The notes below the pieces were generated by a model, which did no database searches, was not told the origin of the DNA, and worked only from the letters and a program-made list of their open reading frames with translations. Both the position numbers and the translations under genes were made by a program. From NCBI RefSeq assembly GCF_030144855.1, contig NC_082732.1, positions 16,120,001-16,184,000 on the forward strand: DNA of 64,000 nt, given 5' to 3'. Shown here piece by piece: positions 12,539 through 23,304 of this stretch. How positions within the stretch are numbered: the first letter of the stretch is position 1; each line of letters opens with the position of its first letter. The DNA comes from Hypanus sabinus. Taxonomy: Eukaryota.

Positions 12539-12564
12539 ATTTTATTGACTGGAAGTTTTAAAAC

Positions 12565-15500
12565 ATGGAGAGTATTTTGTGTCCGGAAAAATTGGATTTG
12601 GACCCTCAAGACCCTGGAGCAGCTCTTGCCTTTGAACTCTGGCTTACATGCTTCCAATCATACTTGGAGGAGGTTAGTGCAACTGAACCAGCTGTTATGC
12701 ACCGAATTCTCCTCTCGAGGGTCACCCCGAAAGTTTACTCACTTATCAGAGACCTGTCGACCTACCAAGAGGCACTGGATGCCCTCAAAAGACAGTACCT
12801 GCAGCCGATGAACATCGTCTACGCAAGACATCGCTTAGCTACGCGACGACAGCGGCCTGGAGAGTCGTGCGTTGAGTTTCTCCGAGCCCTACAGACACTC
12901 GTGCGGACTTGTGATTGCAAAACACTCACGGCGGAACAGCATTCGGAGCTCCTGGTACGAGACGCCTTTGTTACAGGAATCAGGTCAGTGTATGTGCGCC
13001 AGCGGCTGCTGGAAAATGCCGATCTTACCTTACGCTCGGCAATTGAGACGGCTGACACACCGGAGGCTGCCCTGCACAATGCTGACGCTGTCCAGCCGCG
13101 CGATCCCCCGCCGGTTCCGTGGACACCTCAGACCCCGCTGCCGCCGGTTCCCGTGAGCGAATTCGCCAAAGCCGCTGCCAGTCGCAATTCCACGAACTCC
13201 CCGAACCCGGCCACAGCTGCTGCCAGTCACAAGCCTGCGCAGTGTTACTTCTGCGGACTCGAAAAGCACCCCCGAAAATGCTGCCTGGCCCGAGAAGCGA
13301 CCTGCTCCAGCTGCGGGAAGAAGGGCCATTTCGCCAAGGTCTGTAAGTCTAAACCACAAGCGGGGTCGGGCAGTGCTGCGTGCGAGGCATGGGGGCCGCC
13401 ATCTTGCATGCCTGGATGGGGGCAACTATCTTTGTTGGCGCCAACATGCCCCGCCTCCTACCCACTGGTGCTTACCGGGCACCAAGATGGCAGTTCAACT
13501 CTGGCCTCCGTAACCCTCGACCAAAGTGCCCCACACCAGCTTGCAAGGTCAATGATGGACATCCTGGTGGAGGGGCACAGGACTAGATGTCTGTTTGATA
13601 CGGGCAGCACTGAGAGTTTTATTGACCCGGACACAGTGCAACACTGTGGACTCGTGACACAGCCGGTAAGTCAGAGAGTCACTATGGCTTCTGGGTCGTA
13701 TTCCACAGACATCCGGGTGGGTTGTGTAGCAACGTTGGTGGTGCAGGGCACAGAATATCGGAACTTTGCGCTACTGGTCATGCCTCAACTGTGTGCGCCT
13801 GTGCTATTGGGGCTGGACTTCCAGAGCCACCTCGAAAGTGTGACTATGGCATATGACGGGCCCCTCCCACCACTTACTGTCAGGAATCCTCAGTTTTGTG
13901 GGACTTTGCCATATACCCCACTACTGACCACACACACACACACCGACCCACACATCCCACCCAGCACCATGCCGACAGCTGCGCTACTGACACCACTTGC
14001 AGCCTCTCCACCCTCAAGATCCCTCCCCCACCGCTGTTCGCCAACCTGACCCCCGACTGTAAACCTGTGGCAACTAAAAGCAGCAGGTACAGCGCGGGGG
14101 ACAGGGCCTTCATTTAGTCAGAGGTCCAGCGGCTGCTCAGGGAGGGGATCATTGAGCCAAGCACAAGTCCTTGGAGGGCCCAGGTGGTTGTTGTTCGGAC
14201 CGGGTAGAAAAATAGGATGGTGGTGGACTATAGTCAAACCATCAATAGGTTCACGCAGCTTGACGCGTACCCCCTACCCCTCATCGCGGATATGGTCAAC
14301 CAGATAGCTCAGTACAAGGTGTACTCGACAATAGATCTGAAATCCGCTTATCACCAGCTCCCCATCCGCCCAGAGGACCGCCCCTACACCGGCTTCGAGG
14401 CGGGCGGCAGGCTCTATCACTTCCTGCGCGTCCCATTCGGTGTCACGAATGGTGTCTCTGTCTTCCAGAGGGAAATGGACCGGTTGGTGGACCAGTACCA
14501 ACTGCAGGCCACATTTCCCTATCTGGATAACATCACCATCTGTGGTCACGACTGGCTGGATCACAACGCCAACCTCCAACGATTTTTCCAAGTGGCCGAA
14601 GCCCTGAACCTTACTTATAACAGGGACAAGTGTGTGTTCGGAACCACCCAGCTCGCTATCCTTGGGTATGTCGTGGAAAACAGGGTCATCGGTCCTGATC
14701 CCGACCGTATGCACCCCCTGTTGGAACTCCCTCTTCCCACCACCCTCAAAGCCCTCAGATGGTGCCTGGGCTTCTTTTCCTATTACGCCCAATGGGTCCC
14801 CCATTATGCAGACAAGGCCCACCCCTTGGTCAAGTTTATCACTTTTCCCCTCTCTGCCGAGGCCTGCGCGGCCTTCAGCTGCATTAAAGAGGACATTGCC
14901 AAAGCAACGATGCATGCGGTGGACGAGACCATTCCCTTCCAAGTAGAGAGTGACGCCTCCGATTTCGCGCTTGCTGCTACCCTCAATCAGGCAGGCAGGC
15001 CAGTAGCATTCTTTTCTCGTACCCATCAAGGCTCTGAAATTCGGCACTCCGCAGTGGAGAAAGAAGCCCAGGCCATAATGGAAGCTATTAGGCACTGGAG
15101 GCACTATCTCGCCGGCAAAAGGTTCACCTTGCTGACTGACCAGCGCTCAGTTGCGTTCATGTTCAGCAACCAACAGCGGGGCAAAATCAAAAATGATAAA
15201 ATTTTGCAGTGGAGAATAGAACTCTCCACCTACAACTATGATATCCTGTACCAGCCTGGAAGGCTCAATGAGCCCCCTGACGCCCTATCCCGGGGAGCGT
15301 GTGTCAGCACACAGCTCGACCAGCTATACACCCTCCATGCACATCTTTGCCACCCGGGGGTCACCCAATTTTACCATTTCGTGAAAGCCCTGAACCTACC
15401 GTACTCTCTTGAGGACACCAGGATGATGACCAGGAACTGCCAAGTCTGCGCTGAGTGCAAACCGCACTTTTACCGTCCTGAAAAGGCGCAACTTATCAAG

Positions 15501-16021
15501 GCCACCCGCCCCTTTGAGCGACTGAGTGTTGACTTTAAGGGCCCCCTTCCCTCCACCAACTGCAATATCTACTTTCTCAACATTATCGACGAGTACTCGT
15601 GGTTCCCCTTTGCCATCCCCTGCCCCGACACCACTACCACATCCGTCATAAAAGCCATGCGCCTGCTCTTCACTCTGTTCGGATATCCCTGCTATATCCA
15701 CAGTGATAGAGGGTCCTCCTTTATGAGTGACGAGCTGCACCAGTACCTGCTGGCTAGGGGCATTGCTACTAGTAGGACCACGAGCTATAATCCCCGGGGA
15801 AATGGACAGATGGACAGGGAGAATGCCACAGTGTGGAAGGCCACACTTTTAGACCTTAAGTCAAAGGAGTTGCCGGTCTCTCGAAGGCAGGAGGTCCTCC
15901 CTGAGGCACTCCACTCTATCCGCTCTCTGTTATGTACGTCCACCAATGCCACCCCTCACGAGCGCCTATTCTCTTTTCCCAGGAAGTCTGCCTCTGGGAC
16001 CACCCTACCAGCTTGGCTGAC
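12565..16021 (+). pseudogene. Gypsy gag-pol (gag zinc knuckles, protease, RT, RNase H, integrase), disrupted and 3'-truncated
   Basis: CxxCxxxxHxxxxC knuckles (CYFCGLEKHPRKCC, CSSCGKKGHFAKVC); protease LFDTGS; RT IDLKSAYHQ/PFG/YLDN; RNase H ESDAS..EKEA..TDQ; integrase H..H..C..C, VDFKGP, SDRG. Frameshift near the (CA)n at ~13930 and stops at ~14115 and ~14204. Confidence 0.92.
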
Positions 16022-16130
16022 CTCAGCAGCTGGGAAGATGTTGGAGTCGATTATAAAGGATGAGGTCTCAAGGTACTTGAAGACATGATAAAACAGGCCA
16101 TAGTCAGCATAGTTTTCTCAAGGGAAAATC
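16017..16130 (+). mobile_element. CR1 ORF2 fragment fused to the truncated Gypsy integrase
   Basis: LTSAAGKMLESIIKDEVSRYL matches CR1 LTSVVGKMLESIIK seen at ~40270 (-) and ~43160 (+). Confidence 0.8.
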
Positions 16131-16779
16131 ATTTTACAGGCAGCACTGCATGGTCTTTCTATGCTTGTTGCTTGATCTAAAATGCATTGGAACGTGAAAA
16201 TGGGGATTCTGCAGCACCTCCCAATGGGAAATTCAAAGAGGGAGAGAGTCACAATTCCTGACAATTCCTAATGGTTGGTTAAGAAAACATCGGATGCTGT
16301 GGCCCCACCGTTTGACTGCAGAATAAACAGATGGCAACCACTGTTGAGTGAATGGGTTAAAACTTGGCAACTGGAGCTTGTACCTTGAGGGCATGTACCT
16401 TGGTAAAAGGAATCTGAAGATTCCTTATCTTTTTTAGACTTTTTTAGATAATTTAGACTTATCTAAATGGAAAAATATATTCATTAATATATATAAAAAT
16501 ATTCATTAATTCAATGTGAGACACCATAATGAAAAGCCAGTACCAGTTTGTGTCCTCTTTGTATGTGCAATACTGTATTCTCTTTTTATTACAGTGCTAG
16601 TGTTACCTCCATTCTGCTCAATAATTATGATCTATCAGCTCTGAGACCCTTCAATCACCCCCAGATGCCAGATTATCACCATTCCACCACAGATCTGTGA
16701 CCTCTCAAAGACTTTGTTGACTTGAAGGTGATGCAAATGACCTGACTGCGCAGCTCAATTAAATATGATACGCAAATAC

Positions 16780-17000
16780 TGAGCAGAGTCGTGCCAGGTT
16801 GTCCTTGGAGAGGGAGCACGCAGTCACAAAGGGCACAGTGGGGGACTTCTGGGGACAGTGGGCCCCCTGGGTATTGATTGTTTTATAGACAGTGGTAACC
16901 ACATTTTAATTTGAATGTACTCACTGCCTTGCGTATATTGAATGTCGGTACCTCATGTATATGTTATGTAAATAAACTTTTATAGTTCTGTAAAAAAAAA
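16780..17000 (+). mobile_element. L1/Tx1-like LINE 3' end
   Basis: RARLSLEREHAVTKGTVGDFW..WAP-like C-terminus, AATAAA (~16971) and an A-tail (~16992). Confidence 0.55.
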
Positions 17001-17105
17001 TGGGTCACTGGCGTGAGTAGTATAAAGACTGCATCAAGTCATGGGGATTTTCTGAAGCGCCTGGTGAGTCTACAGAACTGGTGTCTCCACTGCTAGCCTC
17101 CTGGC

Positions 17106-17475
17106 TCAGAATCAGGTTTAATATCCCTGGCATATGTCGTGAAATTTGTTAACTTTGCTGTAGCAGTGTGATGCAATACATAATAATAGGAAAAATCTGT
17201 GAATTACACTAAACAAATATATAGTTAAATTAAATAAGTAGTGCAAAACTAGAAGTAAAAATATTGTGAGGTAGTGTTCTTGGATTCAATGTCCATTCCA
17301 GAAACTGGAGGGCAGAGGGGAAGAAGCTGTTCCTGAATTGTTGAGTGTGTTTTCAGGCTTCTGTACCTCCTTCCTGATGGTGGCAATGAGAACGATGCAT
17401 GACCTGGGTGACAGTGTACTTAATGATGGACGCCGCCATTTTGAGGCTTCGCTCTTTGAAGATGTCCTGGATACC
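17106..17475 (-). mobile_element. Rex1/Babar-type LINE 3' end
   Basis: Reverse complement of the 2585-2995 family. Confidence 0.7.
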
Positions 17476-18133
17476 ACAGTTTCACCAGGAGCCGCACCAG
17501 GTCATCAGATTCCTTCCGTAAGCACTCACAATACCTTCATCTTCCCTACTCGCTTCTGCCTTCAAGGCTTGTTGGACATCTAGAGGGCACAATAACAAAA
17601 TCCACAGTGTGCCTGGTTACACAGGGATGGCTGGATTCAAGGGCTGAGATCCAGCACCAGTGTCTCACTGCTATAAGAAGTCATCACCAGTGATAAAGAG
17701 TGGGCCCTCATGACTGCAACGACAGGCCAACAGGTCACTGACCCGTGCTGTGTTTAGAACACTAACTGGTATCCCCACCATTCCTTGGTCAGAGTGTTCT
17801 TCATCTGACCCCTGCTGAAGCAATAATTAAAAGTGGAAATGCCCCCAATTCGGGAGACTAGTTTAACCATGAAAACGAGTCACTTCTGAATAAGCAGGAG
17901 CAGCCAGGCGGGTGACAACTCGGCAAGGTGAGAACCACTCTAATGGATGGGAAGAAAACGCACATTTAGCTGTAATAACATACTGAATGAGGGCTAGTGA
18001 CACAAACTCCCATGAATGCCGATAAGATTTAGTGTAGTTACAATGGGTCGGACTGCCAGACCTGCTCAGAGTCAACGGGGCTACACAGGCTGTTACTCAT
18101 TCCTGCCCGCTGGCACTGTAGTTCAATAGCGCC

Positions 18134-18164
18134 CACGTGAAACTGAAAGCAGTTGAAACCGAGA
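18134..18164. promoter_or_regulatory. Candidate ISRE/IRF element in a locally CpG-rich patch
   Basis: GAAACTGAAAG (18139-18149), a second GAAACCGAGA (18155-18164) and CACGTG; lies upstream of the FBXO6-like gene. Confidence 0.35.
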
Positions 18165-18489
18165 GACGTTTGTAAGCCGCTTAGTTTTGCAAGTCAGAAG
18201 TGCGGCCCCGGACTGACTTCCCACACGACAGGTCCCAGCAGCCGACGGACCCCTCCCTCCAGCCTCCCAAATGCTCATTTGTTTGTATGTGCTGCTGATG
18301 AAATGGGTGTTGATAAACTCGGGAGGACCTGTAATGGCAAACGTCAGGTCTCCACGCAGTGTGAAGGAGGTGGATAAGGTAAAGAACAGAGAGCCCTAGA
18401 CACACTGCATGGGTGAACTGTGAGTGGGAAGTTGTGCAGCTTTGGCCACTAAAACTGAAGGAGAGTGAAGACCATAAGCATGAGAAAGT

Positions 18490-18995
18490 CTGCAAACACA
18501 AAGTCTGCTGGAAACCTAAAGCAACGCACACAAAATGCTGGAGGAACGCAGTGGCTCAGGCAGCGTCAATGGAAATGAGACCCTTCTTCAGGATTAGAAA
18601 TGAAGAGGGGGTGATGCCAGATTAAAAAGGTGGGGTGAGGGGGTAAGGAAGGAGGTGATAGTGCAGTCAGGTGGGTGGGGTAAATAAAGGGCTGGAGAGG
18701 AAGGAATCTGATAGGAGATGCAAGGAGGAGGGGACCCAGGGGGAGGTCATAGGCAGGTGAGCAGAGGCAAGAGTGAGGAGTAGAAGAAGAGGGGAGGGGG
18801 AGGGAAACATTTTGTTGCCGGAAGAAGAAATCAATATTCATGCCATCAGGTTGGAGGCTGCCCAGGCAGGAGAATAGGTGTTGCTCCTCTGAGGGTGGCC
18901 TCATTTTGGTACAAGAGGAGGCCATGGACCGACATGTTGGAACGGGAATGGGAATTAAAACATTTGGTCACTGGGAGGAGCCGCTTTGGGTAGAT
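18490..18995 (-). mobile_element. Penelope-like element 3' fragment (GIY-YIG C-terminus + pLTR)
   Basis: EEQHLFSCLGSLQPDGMNIDF motif; 3' tail shared with 49477-50262; hammerhead partly deleted. Confidence 0.75.
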
Positions 18996-19827
18996 GGAGC
19001 CCCATGTATGGACATTGATGTGCCTAATCAGTCACTGACAACTAAATACAGAATATGAGATGTAGTGCTTGTAATCTCCTTCAATGCTGAATGATGAACA
19101 ATGACATTGTTCAATGTGCAGTCTATCGGAGATTAATTGTGTTTGCAGTCAATTATTTCATATATTTAATCTTCTACAAGATGCAGCCTGAGACAGTGTG
19201 CCCAGTTAACAGATTTAACTGTGAAGGCCCCTTGCAGCCAGTATAAAATATTGAACGACTGAGCATAGCAGCATCTTGTTGCTTATCAGAGTGAGCCACG
19301 AGTTCCTTCAGAGCAAAGTTTATCCTCCCACAATCAAGGGAAGGGAACTGCCTGATAAGGCAGGTTTTCTCCCACGTGGTGCAGATGACAAACGATATCT
19401 GTGTCCTTGTGCAGACCCAGTGGAAACACTGGTATGAATCATCACCGCCTCAAGCGCGCGGGCAGGCCAAGGCTTTGTAACATGGGTCTGCAGATCCAAT
19501 GAACAAAACAGGAGACACTGACTTAAAAATGGGTGTGTGAGGTGCTTGCTCAACAAACAGTGAAACACTAAGTCGGGTATCTAGCTAAGCAAATATTTAT
19601 CTGAGCTATCCAAAATCACTACATCGTACATTCAGTTACCTTTAGATGAACAGATACTCTGCTAAATCTCTCCAATTTATAAAACCCAAGAAGTAAGAAG
19701 GTTATGAACAGATACTTAACTAAACAGACTGCCGGGGGGCGGGGGGGGGGGGGGAAGCGTGTAAGTCTGCAATGCACTTTCTTAGGACTAATCGTGAATT
19801 CAGCCTGAAGGTGGGCCCCATGGGTGG

Positions 19828-20243
19828 TGCCGTGGTTTCTGGTGCCCCACAAACGACCAGGAGACGCAGAAGATTCTTCAAGAAGGGTTAAACTTTAATT
19901 TGCAAATCAAAGCTGAGACCGTCAGTGAGCTAGTCGCTGATTGCCCACTGATCCTTGGACATAGCATGTTTTATAGCAATCTCCTGGTTTAGTTGCATTA
20001 GCATATGCAATCGGTCTACAGTTGCGTATCCCAAGTACATCCACCACTATTGTTTCTACCATTGACTTAATTATGTTCTAATCTACATCTCTTAGCTACC
20101 TCTCATTAACACACCATTGTCTTCTACATTCTTAAGATTTCATTCTCCTACTAAATTGGATACATGCAGAGCAAATAGCAAACTCAAAGCTGACTACATA
20201 GTTTTGGTTACACATCAAACAATGCAACTTTTATACTCCAATA
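19828..20243 (-). mobile_element. Solo LTR (ERV-like)
   Basis: Flanked by the 4-bp direct repeat gtgg (19824-27 / 20244-47). On the minus strand it begins TA, ends CA, and contains TATAAAA (~19970) then ATTAAA (~19895). Confidence 0.6.
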
Positions 20244-23128
20244 GTGGCAGAGAGAAAAAAGGAGCAGACCCTCTGCACGTGCCATCTTTTATACCCCTAA
20301 GGCGCCCAGAACCAGAGATGGGCTCCATAGTGCCTGATGGGGAAAAAGAGCACTGCACGATGGGTGAGGCTTTCTAACAGAATAAATTATGCCACCCCCC
20401 CCCCCCGCCAAAGGATAGGAACCAGGTCTGTCTGCCTACAATCTCATTGCCAGGAATTTAAGTGACGAGTAACCACCTCTTGCTTCACATCTGACCTCTC
20501 CTGCTGGAAGCACATCTGCAAATGAGAAGGAATGGGAACAGGAATTGCAGAAGACATGGCCAGTGAGGTCAGCAAGCCACGATGAAAGCAGTAACCGATT
20601 CTTTGTAACAAAGGCTGGTTCTGGGAGTTAGCTGTAGGGACGGTTAATCAGGGTTGAAAATAGACAGGCCGAGATCCAAATGATGGCAAAGACACCAAGT
20701 TCTACAACTTTGAGGTCCAAGCAAACTGTATCATGAGGGACAGCGAGTAAAGGAAAGTACAGATTTCCAGAGGTCATTGCAGTCTGGATGAATGACAAAT
20801 GAATTGGTCCCTTTCAATGGTGGGACTATCCAGCAAAAAGAAGCACAAGAGGGGATGTCAATTGTTGAGGTCCCTACAGCCACTCTGATATTGTGCACCC
20901 TAAACATGTGGACAGAGCAAATGGTCTGAGAGACTTGTAATTATTGTGACAGTGTTCTTTCATGCCATGTAACATAAACTACTGCCTGGGAACCTGAGAC
21001 AAAATAGGCTGCCACTACTGACAAGCATGTCTGGCAGCATCGATGTTACACAGAGTCTGAGTGGGTGAAGGTAAGGATGCAAAGTGTACTGCAGTGGGCC
21101 AGTCGGGACGGCAGCAGCACATAAAATGCCATGAATGCAAAGCCCCATCTATTTATCCTCTTGATAATTATCACAAATTATCAAGAGCATAATGTATCCA
21201 AGAAGAGGACATGGTTGAAAGCCTGGAACAATAATTTATTGCATCTATGCTAGTTTCTTGTAGGTAGCCACGGATGATAGATGTAGGTCCACATAATCCA
21301 TCTTGGCCTACTAACTGTGGACGGGGTTCTTAGTGGAAGACATTTTTGCTGGCTTGCTTAATTAGAACATCCTTGAACCTTGCTTGTCCTGGAGCAGATT
21401 TCTGTCTTGGGGGTCAAGAAGTGGGTATATATTTGGAATTCTGTATTTGTGGAATAATGTGAATAAAACAGGTACTAATTCAAGCAAGAACGAGTCTTCA
21501 TTTCTTAATGTAAATGACAAGTTTGAAACACAAAGCAGAGTTTTCTAAGTCCTCCAAGCAAACATCTACAGAGCACAGGCTAGTGGCCAACTGCAGAGGA
21601 CTGGCTGCTCAAGTGAAGTGAACTGAGAGGACCATAAGATGTTCTCGAATGTATCAGCCAATCAAGGTCAAGGTTAAGTTTTGAAGGTGTGTTAATTGGC
21701 CTACAACAAACTAGGCAACAGAGGCTAAGTTATTTTACACCATTGTGACCAAGTTCAGGGAGGTTTGCAAACTAGACTGATCTTGTCAACTTGCACATCA
21801 AACACGGTCACAGGTATAATTGCTCTACTAATAAAAGTGGTATTTGACTATTAACTTTGGGTGTCTGTTGTCACTATCTTCAGAAGAATTTAGACCATTG
21901 TTGTGAATTATTTTGTCCCAACAAAGGTGCTTGAACGTTAAGAGGTGTCTCATCAATTAGAGTGTGTTCCCATTGTAAATACTGTATGTAACTCAATGGA
22001 ACTATCATCTGATTCAAAATAAAGCAGTAAATAAAGAAATTATGTTGAATCCCCTGCTTTTTTACCTTTGTTCTTTATAGTACAATAACTTGATAAACAG
22101 CACCTTGTGTTCAGGGTCACTCTACTGTGTGGATCTGCAAGAGAATGCCTGCTTGTCCATTTATAAAATCAAGCTTTAGTGTCTCTCCAGTGATTCATTT
22201 CACAGTCACAACGGACTGGTTAAACATGACCGCTTCATTGCCTCACCATGCATAGGATCTCTAAATAAATACCTGACATAAGCAATGCAGTTTTACAAGG
22301 ATAATTGCTCTATTAATAAAAGTGCGGTGTGAGTCGATCAATGCTCATCGGTTTTAATGCCAGTTCTGTGACAACTTAACTGATGTTTAGAAGGACATCC
22401 ATGTGAAAGTTAGAACTGGCTTACATGCCCCTGTGCCTTGACCGTGATCCCCTCCTCAAGTGATCATTTGTCATGTGCCACGTGCATTATTTAATTTGGA
22501 GAGGTTCTCAACACAGTGCAATACACTTTATTATAGGGCTCGATCAGAAACAGGACTCAGCTAAGATTTTCTCTTCTTTGTGACTCAGCTAAATTTGTTT
22601 CCCACTGCAGCACATCGATTTCATATCAACTTAAAATGTCTTTAATGGGAGAGCTACATATATTGACTCACAGTCACTCATTTTTCATCATAACCTGAAA
22701 TTGAAATCCACTCCAATAAGCCTTATTGCACCTCACCCACAAAAGCCTCTAGGTTAGGTCAACAAGTTCACTGCTTAGGGATCAAGTTGCTTGGGATGCA
22801 GGACAATGCCATTCCACCTATTATAATTGTATTGAATTCTTACCTTTGTTCTAGTAAGTGTAAAAATTTGTTGTACTTCCAGTTTGGGGTGATACTGCTA
22901 AGAGGTTCTGGGAGAGAATGCCTGCTAGTCACGATGAAGGATTTTTCATATCAGCCAGGTTCAGGGTCTCTCCAGTTACTCTGTTCATCAATCACAAAAA
23001 TGTTTCGGTATTAGTGTAGTCACTCCACACTATGGAAGAAATCAGAAATGAGTGACCTGCGTAAGAATGTTCCCGTGGCAGATGGCAGACTGCATAAACA
23101 ACGCGGCCTTGACATGGAGACCTCAAAT

Positions 23129-23226
23129 TGTTTGACTTTCCACATAGTGTGGGAAATAAGCAGCTATCAGGATTGTTAAAGTGTCAAAAGGATCCAAAAG
23201 ATAGTTGCAAGCAGGGTATATAAAAG
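23129..23226 (+). promoter_or_regulatory. Elastase gene 1 promoter: FoxA-like site, PTF1-like bipartite site, TATA box
   Basis: TGTTTGAC (23129), TGGGAAA-N4-CAGCTA (23150-23166), TATATAAAA (~23217) about 45 bp upstream of the ATG. Confidence 0.6.
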
Positions 23227-23264
23227 GCTAAGTCCTGCATTGGGACTCTCGGTAACACGGCAAG

Positions 23265-23304
23265 ATGTGTCAGCTGCTGCTCGTTGTCCTGCTTGCAGCC
23301 GGTG
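23265..23304 (+). CDS. CELA3: CELA3/proteinase E-like elastase gene 1, exon 1 (signal peptide)
   Basis: MCQLLLVVLLAAG G|gtaagt, 40 nt, phase 1. Confidence 0.9.

Noticed and set aside
13030-15740. Antisense and alternate-frame ORFs over gag-pol (e.g. 14274-15104, 276 aa)
   Set aside because: Shadow ORFs of a GC-rich coding strand with no independent motifs.
19640-19720. Possible additional minus-strand exon (AAG|gtaact)
   Set aside because: Weak acceptor and no homology or frame evidence.
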